In this document: piece by piece, positions 27,280 to 36,910 of the stretch
Layout of the letters: each line of letters begins with the position of its first letter
Numbering within the stretch: position 1 is the stretch's first letter
Origin: a virus
DNA: 64,000 nt
Strand: one strand, 5' to 3'
Virus record (IMG/VR): IMGVR_UViG_3300033485_000001
Coordinates: 1-64,000 of that record
Program-made: the position numbers and the translations under genes
The notes under the pieces: generated by a model
Seen by the model: the letters and a program-made list of their open reading frames with translations, nothing else
Databases searched by the model: none
What the model was told of the DNA's origin: nothing

Positions 27280-29304
27280 ATGGCATTCCACTACGTGAGA
27301 GATGCTCAGTTCGTTTCGACGCCGCGATATCACGGTAACTGGGCCGAACGATCTCTCTTGATGTACCACTTCCTTCGTGTCGCGGGCTGCGAGTGGATCT
27401 GGGAGTGTGACAGCGAACGGAACACGACGTTGGACTGGAACCATGTCGACGACGGGAACATGGAGCTGTCCAGCACGACTCCGTACTGGAACCCACTCGG
27501 TACAGCACTTCTCAGCAAGAACGATTCGATCTTCCAGCGTGGGACGCGCAGCTTGAGGGTGATCGCCCAGGCGCAGAACGATGGCGTGAAGACGTCCGCG
27601 CTTCAGGGCATGACTGGGATCGCCACCGGATTCCTGGACGCCTACAACGAGGGGTTCTCTGGACCGCTCAGCGGGGTGATGACAGCGACCTGTTACTACT
27701 ACAGCGGTCTCAGCAAGGAGTTCAACAATGGCTACGTCACGATCTCCGGAGCCACGAACCCTCCGAACAACGGCACGTTCCTAATCCAGTCCAGGACGAC
27801 GACACTCGACATCAACTACTACAATCCAGATGGGGTTGGTGTCCTTCCCGACACGGCCTCGGTCGTGGCGCGTGTACGATATGAGATCGTTCTCTGGGCC
27901 AGGAACAGCAGCGGCGTGACCTGGAACGTTACTGTCGACCGTGGCGACGGATCCGACTACGTGGTGGGCACGATCCCTGACAACGGCGGCGTTTGGACGC
28001 AGTACCACTTCTACTACCTCACCCAGGGGAACGGCTCGCAGTTCATCAGCGTGATCGATCCGTCCACATCTTTCATCACGCCACACGAGATCTACCTCGA
28101 CTCGGTGACGGTGTTCCGCTCCGACTTCGAGTACCCACCTGAGAACGCCTATGGAGATGGAGAGGCCGGTCACTACCCACAGGACGGGGAGTTGATCAAC
28201 CCGGATCGGTTCAAGTCGGCCAGCTACGTCCCTGGGCCGACAGACGTGGGGAAGTACGTCTTCGTCTGGGATCCCACGAACCCGACGAATAGCGGCGCGT
28301 ACAAGATCATTGCTGACTTGGGTGGGGGTGTGGTTCAGGTCGACCTCCGTTCCGGCACGGCCGCCTTCACCGCTGTTGGGCCTGGGCTCCGCTGGAGGAT
28401 CGTAGACTTCCGCAGAGTCGAACGAGCGGGGGGCAACTACGAGTTCCCTGCGTACCAACTCGCGGGTGGCGTAGGGATCCAGTCGAAGCACAGCTCGAAG
28501 TGGCGGTTGATCATCAGACACATCCTGATGCAGGGCGGAACCATCCCCAGCAGAGGGACGAACCTCATGGCCGCTCCGGAGGATACCGAGATCGACTCGA
28601 CCTCGGGGCACTTCCGCAAGACCGGAGGCGGCGGACCCTCCACGCTGAAGAACAGGCAGTCCGAGTATTCGTACTGGGCAGGGAGCACTCCGCCTTCGGG
28701 GCTGCATCACATCACATGCCATCCCACGTCTGGGAATGCCAGCGAGACGACGAGAACCTTCCTCGTGACTGACGACGACTGCTCCTCCCTGACCGTGATC
28801 CATCGAGGCACGGTGTCTGGGTTGATAGGCAGCGTCGTCGTAGGTTACGCCGGAGCTGACTCGGATCATCCGGGCATCGAGGAGTTCATCCTGTGGGCGA
28901 AGTGCGAGCTGAGCAACTACCCCGACGAGATCGATCTGGAGGGTGGTACGTCGTATCTCTCCACGATGTGGAACGGAGCCACGGTGTTCTCGCCTGACGG
29001 CTTCGCCGTTCCAGGGATCCTGGGACTCATCAGCATGAAGGAAGGCGGCGACGGGAACGTGGTGAACAACCAGGCCAACGCCGGTCCGAATCCATGGTCG
29101 GGAGAGGAGACGCTGTACCAGCCCCACATCATCAGAGACCACGAGGGAGTAAACGGCTGTCCCTCGACCAGGATCGCCTCGGGTCTGCCCGTGTACCTGT
29201 GTCGAGTGAACATGCCGACGTGGACCACGTTCGACTCGGGGAACTACTACCACACGAGCCATGGCGTGTGTTTGAAGTGGAACGGGATCGGGACGCTGCC
29301 ATGA
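27280..29304 (+). CDS. cassette 2 protein B
   Basis: YHFLRVAGCEWIWECD; TFDSGNY. Confidence 0.7.
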   Translation: MAFHYVRDAQFVSTPRYHGNWAERSLLMYHFLRVAGCEWIWECDSERNTTLDWNHVDDGNMELSSTTPYWNPLGTALLSKNDSIFQRGTRSLRVIAQAQNDGVKTSALQGMTGIATGFLDAYNEGFSGPLSGVMTATCYYYSGLSKEFNNGYVTISGATNPPNNGTFLIQSRTTTLDINYYNPDGVGVLPDTASVVARVRYEIVLWARNSSGVTWNVTVDRGDGSDYVVGTIPDNGGVWTQYHFYYLTQGNGSQFISVIDPSTSFITPHEIYLDSVTVFRSDFEYPPENAYGDGEAGHYPQDGELINPDRFKSASYVPGPTDVGKYVFVWDPTNPTNSGAYKIIADLGGGVVQVDLRSGTAAFTAVGPGLRWRIVDFRRVERAGGNYEFPAYQLAGGVGIQSKHSSKWRLIIRHILMQGGTIPSRGTNLMAAPEDTEIDSTSGHFRKTGGGGPSTLKNRQSEYSYWAGSTPPSGLHHITCHPTSGNASETTRTFLVTDDDCSSLTVIHRGTVSGLIGSVVVGYAGADSDHPGIEEFILWAKCELSNYPDEIDLEGGTSYLSTMWNGATVFSPDGFAVPGILGLISMKEGGDGNVVNNQANAGPNPWSGEETLYQPHIIRDHEGVNGCPSTRIASGLPVYLCRVNMPTWTTFDSGNYYHTSHGVCLKWNGIGTLP

Positions 29305-29594
29305 GTGTGATCATCGTCGGCGCACGAGTTCAGGACCTTGTGGACTGGGAGTTCCTTGTACGGCCCTCTGGTGTCGATCCGACCATGGACAGGGACGAGA
29401 AGTGGATCTACCCGTCACGGGGTGGTGTGCGGGCGAGCTACAGGCAGAAGTGCCGCGACACCGTGACGGGGTTGTGGACGGAGTGGAGCTCCTTGCTTCG
29501 CGCAGATCCTCATGGGAAGGAGTACCCTGGAGCTGGGTTCGACTCCACTACGTACAGGGTCGTCGGGGTCACCCATGACAGGGTTCAGGAGTAG
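29301..29594 (+). CDS. cassette 2 protein C
   Basis: GGVRASYRQKCRDTV...EYPGAGFD. Confidence 0.7.
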   Translation: MSVIIVGARVQDLVDWEFLVRPSGVDPTMDRDEKWIYPSRGGVRASYRQKCRDTVTGLWTEWSSLLRADPHGKEYPGAGFDSTTYRVVGVTHDRVQE

Positions 29595-29597
29595 CAG

Positions 29598-30764
29598 ATG
29601 ACGTACTACGCGCACAACGTCTGGATGCCGCCGATGGCACTCGCCGATGGATACGGCCCCAGCTCCATGACGGTGATCATGCGACACCTGGCCTGGTGGG
29701 CGGGCTGGACCGAGGTCAGCCTGACGAACCCCGGCGACGCCTTCTGGACCACGTCGAAGTGCATCGAGGCCGTGGCCGGGATCGGAACCGGATTCGAGGT
29801 CCAGGCGTCGCAGCCCGGCATCATCTATGACCCCCTCGGACGCTTCACCGCTGCGATGGCGACGAACCGTTACGTCGTCTTCCTCAAGGGGACTGGGCAG
29901 AACAGGGTCGCGGCCCACATCGTGGCATACATCGACGCGAACCACGTCCGACTCGGCTTGGAGTGCCTCGACAGCGCAGGCTGGGCCGACGAGCAGGGCA
30001 TCGCGGCCCGCGTCATCGGAGGAAATTCAGGAGGCACGACAACGTTCGCGAACGGCGCCTTGGCCTCGGGTCAGTCCGTGCTTATCCAGGCCCCGGTCGG
30101 GAACCTTCGCGTCAGGATCTACTACCAGGACGTCAGTAACATCCTGTTCTACGCACAGCCGAAGGGCGGTGCTGGTACGGCGACGGAGACGACGGGTCGC
30201 GGTCTCATCTCATACGCCACGAACTGGATCAGGTTCAACGCCGTCATCGACGATCACAACCTGCTCGTGTGGGGAGTGGCCGACGAGGGTGGCAACGTGA
30301 CGAACCTGTTCGTCATGCTCGTCGGAGAGCTTGAAGACGTCGACACCGGAGACACTGATCCCGGCTTCTTGTACGGATACTCCGATCTTGAGACGAACAT
30401 CCCTTGGTATCTGGAGGTGTACCAGCTCAACGGTGCTGGAACTCCAGCGGCGATCACCGGCTACCCCGTCTACCCAAAGTGGCACACCGACACAGCATGG
30501 TCCAGCTCGTTCGTCAACCTGAGCGCGACGAAGCTGGATTGCGACAAGGCCCCGGTCTACAAGTTCCTGGTCCACCTCGACAACATCCTGACCGTCGGGG
30601 CCTGCTTCCGTGGAAGGATCCCTCTTGTCAGGGGGACGTGGACGGGCTTCGAGAGGTTCCGTCCGCTCGATGCGGCGAGGAACTACGTCCACCTCGTCAG
30701 CGGCCTGATCGTACCTTACGGTGGCCCAACAAAGCCTGCGCCCATCGGCGCGTGTGGAGCATAA
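29598..30764 (+). CDS. cassette 3 protein A
   Basis: GWADE, QAP, ERFRPLDAA. Confidence 0.7.
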   Translation: MTYYAHNVWMPPMALADGYGPSSMTVIMRHLAWWAGWTEVSLTNPGDAFWTTSKCIEAVAGIGTGFEVQASQPGIIYDPLGRFTAAMATNRYVVFLKGTGQNRVAAHIVAYIDANHVRLGLECLDSAGWADEQGIAARVIGGNSGGTTTFANGALASGQSVLIQAPVGNLRVRIYYQDVSNILFYAQPKGGAGTATETTGRGLISYATNWIRFNAVIDDHNLLVWGVADEGGNVTNLFVMLVGELEDVDTGDTDPGFLYGYSDLETNIPWYLEVYQLNGAGTPAAITGYPVYPKWHTDTAWSSSFVNLSATKLDCDKAPVYKFLVHLDNILTVGACFRGRIPLVRGTWTGFERFRPLDAARNYVHLVSGLIVPYGGPTKPAPIGACGA

Positions 30765-30766
30765 AG

Positions 30767-32752
30767 ATGGCACTCAAGCACTGGGGGCGAGACGCCCTGA
30801 GAGCCGAGGACTTCGCGGTCTACGCCGGCAACCAAGAGTTCGCCATGATGATGCAGTACCACTTCCTCCGGACCGCAGGGTTCGAGTGGATCTGGGAATG
30901 CGACGGCGAGGTGGGACCGGCCAGCGCGATCCCGAACCACTGCGACGATGGGAACATGGAGCTGAGTGACATCACCAGGTGGGATGCCTACGGCTCTCCT
31001 CCGGCCACCGTGACGAAGGACACGACCACGGTCAGGAGTGGATCTCGCAGCTTGAAGATCGTGGCTGCCGGCACCCATACGGGTGTCGTCAGCGACGCAC
31101 TCCTGAGCATAGGGAATCCTATCACGTTCTCGGGAAGCGCCGGTGACTCGCTGACTGGACCCGACGTGAACGGGACGATGGTCCTCTACGACGACGGATC
31201 GTCCTTCGGCTACAACCACACGAACAACAGGATGGTGTGCAGCGGGTTCTCGAACCCGGCCAACAACGGCACCTTCCTCGTACGGGATCCGGTGTATCAG
31301 GTACCGACCTCGTACCTCAAGTTCTACAACCCCAGCGGCGTCGCCCAGGTCAACCTGACCGGAGCGACGGTGAGGTTCGACAAGCGGTACACCATCGCGA
31401 TCTGGGCCTTGATCGGTTCCGGACTCGTCGATGGCTACTGGAAGGTGGAGGTCGATCCTGGCGACGGGTCGTGGGTCGAGCTGGGCCAGCTGGCTCTGGG
31501 GGACGACTGGCAGCTCAACATGTTCTCGTTCTACGCCGTTGGCACCGGGTCTCGATACATCCGGATCACCGACACCTACGGCGGCAGGACGTGCTACATC
31601 GACGGCGTCCACGTCTTCCGCTCCTCCTTCGAGTACGCCCCGGACAACGTCTACGACGCCGACCCCAACAACCCAACCGGCGTGCTCACGAACCCGGACA
31701 GGTTCTCCGTCTCCGGCGGCGGTTACACGCCGGGCAAGAAGGACATCGGGAAGTGGCTCTTCGTCTGGGATGAGAACCACAACAAGAACAGCGGCTTCTA
31801 CAAGATCATCGCCGACCTTGGTGGGGGCGTGGTCCAGGTCGACATGCGCTCTGGATCGGCCACGTTCACGACGTCGGGTGTCGGCGAGTACGTGAACTGG
31901 CGCATCGTCGACGTCGACGCCCAGGGTCACAACTGCTGGGACAAGAGCTGCAACTACGTCTACTCGTTCGGCTACGGCCTGAAGTCGCCGCACAGCTCGG
32001 GCTGGAGGTTCTTCCAGAGGATCAGTCACTACTACGACAGCTCTGTCACAACATGGGCAGCACCAGATGATGAGGCGGACTTCGACTTCAGCAGCGGGCA
32101 GTTCTACACCAACGGCCCCTCGACTCAGCGAAGCATGGACCTGCCGTACTCCTTTCAGGTGTACGCGCAACGCCATCACTGGCTCGGAGAGTACAGCTCG
32201 GGTACGGCGCCGACGACGCGGAACACCCTGATGACGGATCAGGACCGGAGCTTCGTCTTCTTCATCCATCGCGGCGTTCTTCCGTTCTCCCAGCACCACT
32301 GCCACTTCATTGGCTACACCGGAGCCGACCCCGATCATCCCGGCATTGAAGAGTTCGCGATGCTGACTCCGTGGAACACTGCGAACTACGACGACATCAG
32401 CTTCACCACGTACGGCTTTGGCTACTACGGGGTCGGGTTTGATCCGAACGGCATCGCTATCCCTACCATCGCCGGCTTCATCGGCTGGCAGTCATCGAAC
32501 ACCTACCCGTTCAACATCTCCAACGCCGGCCCGAACGCCTGGTCTGGAAAGGACTGGTTGATCCCGCTCATCATCGTCCGTGACCCCAACGGATCATACG
32601 GTTGCTTCTCGATCAGGGAGGCTGACGTCGGCCTGTACATGGGCAGATCGGCGAACATTCCCAGCTCCTACATGACGCTGGACTCGAATGCCTTCCAGTA
32701 TCTCAGGTACTCCCTGGTGATGGAGTGGAACGGCGAGTCCATCATCGCATAG
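30767..32752 (+). CDS. cassette 3 protein B
   Basis: YHFLRTAGFEWIWECD; NSGFYKI; VDMRSG. Confidence 0.7.
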   Translation: MALKHWGRDALRAEDFAVYAGNQEFAMMMQYHFLRTAGFEWIWECDGEVGPASAIPNHCDDGNMELSDITRWDAYGSPPATVTKDTTTVRSGSRSLKIVAAGTHTGVVSDALLSIGNPITFSGSAGDSLTGPDVNGTMVLYDDGSSFGYNHTNNRMVCSGFSNPANNGTFLVRDPVYQVPTSYLKFYNPSGVAQVNLTGATVRFDKRYTIAIWALIGSGLVDGYWKVEVDPGDGSWVELGQLALGDDWQLNMFSFYAVGTGSRYIRITDTYGGRTCYIDGVHVFRSSFEYAPDNVYDADPNNPTGVLTNPDRFSVSGGGYTPGKKDIGKWLFVWDENHNKNSGFYKIIADLGGGVVQVDMRSGSATFTTSGVGEYVNWRIVDVDAQGHNCWDKSCNYVYSFGYGLKSPHSSGWRFFQRISHYYDSSVTTWAAPDDEADFDFSSGQFYTNGPSTQRSMDLPYSFQVYAQRHHWLGEYSSGTAPTTRNTLMTDQDRSFVFFIHRGVLPFSQHHCHFIGYTGADPDHPGIEEFAMLTPWNTANYDDISFTTYGFGYYGVGFDPNGIAIPTIAGFIGWQSSNTYPFNISNAGPNAWSGKDWLIPLIIVRDPNGSYGCFSIREADVGLYMGRSANIPSSYMTLDSNAFQYLRYSLVMEWNGESIIA

Positions 32753-32759
32753 AGGGATC

Positions 32760-33047
32760 ATGGCAACAACGATCACGTCGATGGAACCAGTGGATCGAGT
32801 GGAGTGGGAGATGCCGCTCCGTGGATCTTCTTCGTCCAGCGCACGCTCAGGCTCGAAGGTGTACCCATACCCGATTCCTGGCGGTGTCAGAGCGAGCTAC
32901 AGACAGAAGTGCAGGGACACCGTCAGCGGATCGTGGACGGAGTGGGAGACCTACTACCAGGACATCTACGGGAATGAGTACCCTGGAGTCGGATTCGACT
33001 TCAGCACCTTCAGGGTAGTCGGGATCACCTACAGCCGCGAGCAGTAG
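32760..33047 (+). CDS. cassette 3 protein C
   Basis: YPIPGGVRASYRQKCRDTV...EYPGVGFD. Confidence 0.7.
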   Translation: MATTITSMEPVDRVEWEMPLRGSSSSSARSGSKVYPYPIPGGVRASYRQKCRDTVSGSWTEWETYYQDIYGNEYPGVGFDFSTFRVVGITYSREQ

Positions 33048-33069
33048 TCCATATCATCCCCCTTTTTGG

Positions 33070-33102
33070 TATAAGATCGTGTGCCGGCTGCTTGTAGCTG
33101 GT
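33070..33102 (+). promoter_or_regulatory. TATAAG motif plus hairpin
   Basis: TGGTATAAGATCG, then GCCGGCTG/TAGCTGGT stem before GAGGAGG. Confidence 0.6.
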
Positions 33103-33115
33103 GAGGAGGTGATCG

Positions 33116-33712
33116 TTGGGAAAGCTGGACGACTGGCTTCAGCGGAAGCTCGGGGGCCACGTCTCCCTCGGGCCGGTCACGGTGTACGGCTTCAACGCCA
33201 TGCACGTGGCCATCAACGTCTGGACGAAGAAGTGGGGCTACGTCTGCTTCCACCCTGATCTGAGGTTCCTGGGGCGTTTCGCCCCATGGATGCTCGGGAA
33301 GGAGTGGCCCTGGCACTTCTACGCGAGCAAGAACGCGACGCCGTGGGCGTCGACGTTCGCCATCGGACCTGGCATCGAGCATGACGAGAAGATCAACGCC
33401 GTCCGCCGCTGGGCGATGTGGGGGCACAACTACAGCGACGACTACAACCCGCAGGCCGAGAACGAGTTCTTCTGGGGCTACGTCAACGAGCTCAAGAGGG
33501 AGAAGGAGCTGCGGAAGGCGGAGGCCAACGGGATCTGTGGCGCCTGCGGCGAGAAGCTCACTCCAGTGGAGAGCTCGAACAGCAACGTCTGCCTCAAGTG
33601 CTTGCTGCGTGAGATGGAGCGCATAGCAAGCCGGATCAGAGAGCAGGAATCGATGATTCAGGCCCAGGCACCGGACGACTCTCAGGATCCGGAACGCGAA
33701 GGGTGGAACTGA
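33116..33712 (+). CDS. hypothetical protein with C-terminal zinc finger
   Basis: TTG start after GGAGG; CGAC...CLKC. Confidence 0.65.
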   Translation: MGKLDDWLQRKLGGHVSLGPVTVYGFNAMHVAINVWTKKWGYVCFHPDLRFLGRFAPWMLGKEWPWHFYASKNATPWASTFAIGPGIEHDEKINAVRRWAMWGHNYSDDYNPQAENEFFWGYVNELKREKELRKAEANGICGACGEKLTPVESSNSNVCLKCLLREMERIASRIREQESMIQAQAPDDSQDPEREGWN

Positions 33713-33714
33713 TC

Positions 33715-34239
33715 ATGCACTGGGAAGCGTGGTGCTTCGAGATGGCGAAGACAGCGTCGCTGAAGTCCAAGGACAGGTCCACGCGAGTGGGCTGCGTCGT
33801 CTTCGGCCCGGACCGCGAGATCAGGACCGTCGGCTACAACGGCTTCGTCCGTGGCGCCGATGATTCGAGGGAGGAGTGGCACCAGCGCCCCCTCAAGTAC
33901 AAGGTCACGGCTCATGCCGAGCTCAACGCGGTCTGCAACGCCACGCGCTGCGGCACCACGCTCAAGGGATGTGCGGCCTACATCACGCTGCCGCCGTGCT
34001 CGACCTGTGCGTTGGCCATGGTTCAATCCGGTATCTGTTCGGTCAACTTCCTCGTTCCCCTGGACAACAAGAACGGGGTGGATGATCGTTGGAAGGATGA
34101 CTTCCGCATCGCCCTCGACATCTTCACCGAGGCTACGGTGGACTACGAGGGCTACAGCGGAGAGTGGGACGAGAGCGGACTGGACCCGAAGGCCGACGAG
34201 GTCGAGACATGGATCACGAAGATCCAGGAGGGAGCGTGA
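33715..34239 (+). CDS. dCMP deaminase (CMP/dCMP deaminase family)
   Basis: SKD.STRVGCV, GYNG, HAELNA, PCSTC. Confidence 0.9.
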   Translation: MHWEAWCFEMAKTASLKSKDRSTRVGCVVFGPDREIRTVGYNGFVRGADDSREEWHQRPLKYKVTAHAELNAVCNATRCGTTLKGCAAYITLPPCSTCALAMVQSGICSVNFLVPLDNKNGVDDRWKDDFRIALDIFTEATVDYEGYSGEWDESGLDPKADEVETWITKIQEGA

Positions 34240-35144
34240 TGACCGAGCTGAAGGACGTGAGCCTCGAGCTGTGGATCGATGAGTCGAAGAAGACCGTCAT
34301 CAACGACGGGTACTTCAGCACGCTGAAGTCCCTCGGGGTGAAGGCCATCTCCGTGATGATCGATCCGTCGACGAGGGCGTGGGATCCTCAGTGGACCGCC
34401 AAGGACATCGAGCGGCTGCTGAAGCTGTCCGACAAGTACGAGATCGACATCATCCTGACCACCTGGCCGTTCCCGGACAGGGCCATGCTCGACGCGATGG
34501 CCAAGGACATGATGCAGCTGCTCCACATCGGCGCCGGCATCGTGGGTTGGGAGGTGGACACCGAGTTCAACTGGAAGCAGAAGTACGTGAGCGGCTTCCA
34601 GGCGCAGGTCATCGGCGGCGAGCGCAGGAGCGCCATCGACCTGGCCGGGGACCACCTGGTCGCCATCATGCGCGACGTCACCACCCAGAACGGCAAGCTC
34701 GAGCCCGGTGGGATCCGCATGGAGCTGACCACGTTCGCCGAGCACGTGGAGAACGGCAGGATGGCGGACGTGGCTCCGCACATGGACCGGCTGAAGGTCC
34801 AGGCGTACTCGATCAGGAGCAGGAAGAACGCGGACGGGACGGAGTTCCTCGTCCCCTGGGACCACACCTACGGCCCCGGCAACATGCAGAAGTTCACGCT
34901 GGACCGGACCATGATGGTCCCCAGGTTCAGGGACAGGGGCATGCTGCCCGAGATCGGTTACGGCATGGCGCTCTGGAGCCAGCAGTGGCCCGGCCACACG
35001 CCGGCGGAGGCCATGACCAAGGCCCTCGAGATGGCGCTTCGGTACGACATCACCTGCATCTGCGGGTGGTCGTCAAAGCACGTCTTCAACGGCAACCCCT
35101 ACGCCCTCCCGTGGCTCGAGAGCCTCATCGAGGAGGCGGCCTGA
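34239..35144 (+). CDS. putative GH18-like TIM-barrel glycoside hydrolase
   Basis: beta-alpha periodicity with GWEVDTE, QAY, GMALW, ICGWS. Confidence 0.45.
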   Translation: MTELKDVSLELWIDESKKTVINDGYFSTLKSLGVKAISVMIDPSTRAWDPQWTAKDIERLLKLSDKYEIDIILTTWPFPDRAMLDAMAKDMMQLLHIGAGIVGWEVDTEFNWKQKYVSGFQAQVIGGERRSAIDLAGDHLVAIMRDVTTQNGKLEPGGIRMELTTFAEHVENGRMADVAPHMDRLKVQAYSIRSRKNADGTEFLVPWDHTYGPGNMQKFTLDRTMMVPRFRDRGMLPEIGYGMALWSQQWPGHTPAEAMTKALEMALRYDITCICGWSSKHVFNGNPYALPWLESLIEEAA

Positions 35145-35809
35145 TGCCCAACGTCATCCCCGTCCGCTACGATATCCTGGAGTACCCGGAGAACATCCTC
35201 CAGAACATCGAGCGGGCTGCCCGGACGTGCTACAAGTCCGAGGACAAGATCACGAACGACTCTGCCGTGGCCCTCGTCAGGAATCTCATCGACAGCGGCC
35301 ATCACGCCATGCTCGAGTTCGGCGGCTGGATCGTGGTCAGGTTCTGGTCCAACCGTGGGTTCACCCACGAGCTGGTCAGGCACCGGCCGCCGAGCTTCGC
35401 GCAGGAGTCGACGAGGTACTGCAACTACTCCAAGGAGAAGTTCGGCAAGCAGATCACGGTCTGCGACCCGGAGGCGGTCCTGCGCATGAAGGTCAAGGAC
35501 CTCGACAAGCAGGCTGCGTTCAAGGCGCACCTCATCGAGACCTGGGCCATCTGCGAGAGCAGGTACATGGAGCTCGTTGGGATGGGCTGTCCCGCCGAGC
35601 TCGCGCGTGAAGGTCTACCGATCGGCCTCAAGGCCGAGATCGTCATCGGGGCGAACGTCCGCGAGTGGCGGCACATCATGAAGCTGCGGACCAAGAAGAA
35701 CGCGCACCCGAGGATGCGCGAGGTCATGCGTCCGCTGCTGGCCGAGTTCCGCTACGCCACGCCCATCATCTTCGACGACGTGGGCACCCTCACCGACGAG
35801 GAAGCGTGA
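35144..35809 (+). CDS. thyX: FAD-dependent thymidylate synthase ThyX
   Basis: AARTCY, GH.AMLE, THELVRHR..SFAQESTRY, N.REWRH...LR. Confidence 0.95.
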   Translation: MPNVIPVRYDILEYPENILQNIERAARTCYKSEDKITNDSAVALVRNLIDSGHHAMLEFGGWIVVRFWSNRGFTHELVRHRPPSFAQESTRYCNYSKEKFGKQITVCDPEAVLRMKVKDLDKQAAFKAHLIETWAICESRYMELVGMGCPAELAREGLPIGLKAEIVIGANVREWRHIMKLRTKKNAHPRMREVMRPLLAEFRYATPIIFDDVGTLTDEEA

Positions 35810-35899
35810 ACCAACTGATCATGATCTATCTCGTCTGCCGTATCGTGCGGCGGACGTTCAGGGCAATCCTTCAAGAGATCAAAGAACTTCCGGATCTGG

Positions 35900-35931
35900 T
35901 ATAAGATCGCTGAGACCACAGGGTCTCTTTT
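35900..35931 (+). promoter_or_regulatory. TATAAG motif plus hairpin with T-run
   Basis: GATCTGGTATAAGATCG; GAGACC/GGTCTC then TTTT. Confidence 0.6.
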
Positions 35932-35954
35932 ACCGCAGTCGGGAGGCTGCTGAG

Positions 35955-36479
35955 GTGGCTGTGATGACAGAGGAGAGAAGAGGAGGTCCCCAACAGAGGG
36001 GCATCAAGGAGTGGGCGCGCGTCGGCGAAGAGCCGATCGCGCATACCCAATGGGAGATGTTGATCGACGGCAAGCAGGTGGTGATGGCTGCCACGCTCGA
36101 GATCAAGAACCCCGTCTTCTACGACGGGAACAGGGGCCGACCCGTCATCGAGCTCACGCTCCAGAAGGACAGGTGGTCCTTCCGCTTCAGGATCCCGCGC
36201 CAGGGCCTGAGCGAAGCGGACGGTGCCATCGACGTCCTCCAAAAAGTGCTGGCAGCGAAGGAGAAGGCATACGAAGCCTACGACACCGCCTTCAAGACCT
36301 ACGAGGAGGAACGGGAGAAGGATCGCACTGCGCGCATCGCCGAGCACGAGAAGCGGACCGAGCAGTTCAAGGGCGGCCGGGGCAACGACAAGGCCGGCGC
36401 CGGCCTCGGCAAGTACTCCAAGCCCGGCAAGACGAAGAGGCACCGAGAGCGCGGCAAGGACGAGCGCGCCTCTCGGTGA
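35955..36479 (+). CDS. hypothetical protein with basic tail
   Basis: 174-aa ORF. Confidence 0.65.
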   Translation: MAVMTEERRGGPQQRGIKEWARVGEEPIAHTQWEMLIDGKQVVMAATLEIKNPVFYDGNRGRPVIELTLQKDRWSFRFRIPRQGLSEADGAIDVLQKVLAAKEKAYEAYDTAFKTYEEEREKDRTARIAEHEKRTEQFKGGRGNDKAGAGLGKYSKPGKTKRHRERGKDERASR

Positions 36480-36501
36480 TACACTCGGGGAGCACCTCCT
36501 T

Positions 36502-36545
36502 GGGGCGGCCCTGCACTCCTCAGCGGGGCCGCCCCGTCTTCTTCA
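36502..36545 (+). terminator. terminator-like hairpin
   Basis: GGGGCGGCCC/GGGCCGCCCC then TCTTCTTC. Confidence 0.6.
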
Positions 36546-36559
36546 GGAGGTAACCGAAC

Positions 36560-36910
36560 ATGAGCAGCTTGCTCCAGTTCAACGGCGTCACGCGCCGGAA
36601 CAGACACGGCTACGGTGAGGTCGGGCTCGAGTTCACTCGTTACGTCATGGACCTGAGCAAGACCATCGAGGGTAGCTACCTGGACCCCAAGGTTCCGTGC
36701 TCCATCTGCGGGAAGGAACATCCGCAGGTCGGCATCGCCTTCAGGCGGCCTGTGGGGATGCTCGGTTGCTGGGTGCAGTTCCAGTATCTGGGCGAGATCC
36801 ACGCACCTGATCTGTCCGTTCCCATCGATGTGCCTGAGTGGCCGAAGGGAACGACGGTCCTCTCGCCGGAGGAGAACTCGAAGCTCTGGCACAGGGAGGA
36901 TCCGAAATGA
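36560..36910 (+). CDS. hypothetical protein
   Basis: AGGAGG RBS. Confidence 0.65.
   Translation: MSSLLQFNGVTRRNRHGYGEVGLEFTRYVMDLSKTIEGSYLDPKVPCSICGKEHPQVGIAFRRPVGMLGCWVQFQYLGEIHAPDLSVPIDVPEWPKGTTVLSPEENSKLWHREDPK

Larger units (their letters stand above)
22658..33047 (+). repeat. three tandem diverged copies of an A-B-C gene cassette
   Basis: protein motifs recur in the same order three times at about 3.45-kb periodicity. Confidence 0.9.

Noticed and set aside
22658-33047. Diversity-generating retroelement or invertible tail-fibre switch
   Set aside because: No reverse transcriptase, no adenine-specific TR/VR pair, no invertase, and all cassettes lie in the same orientation.
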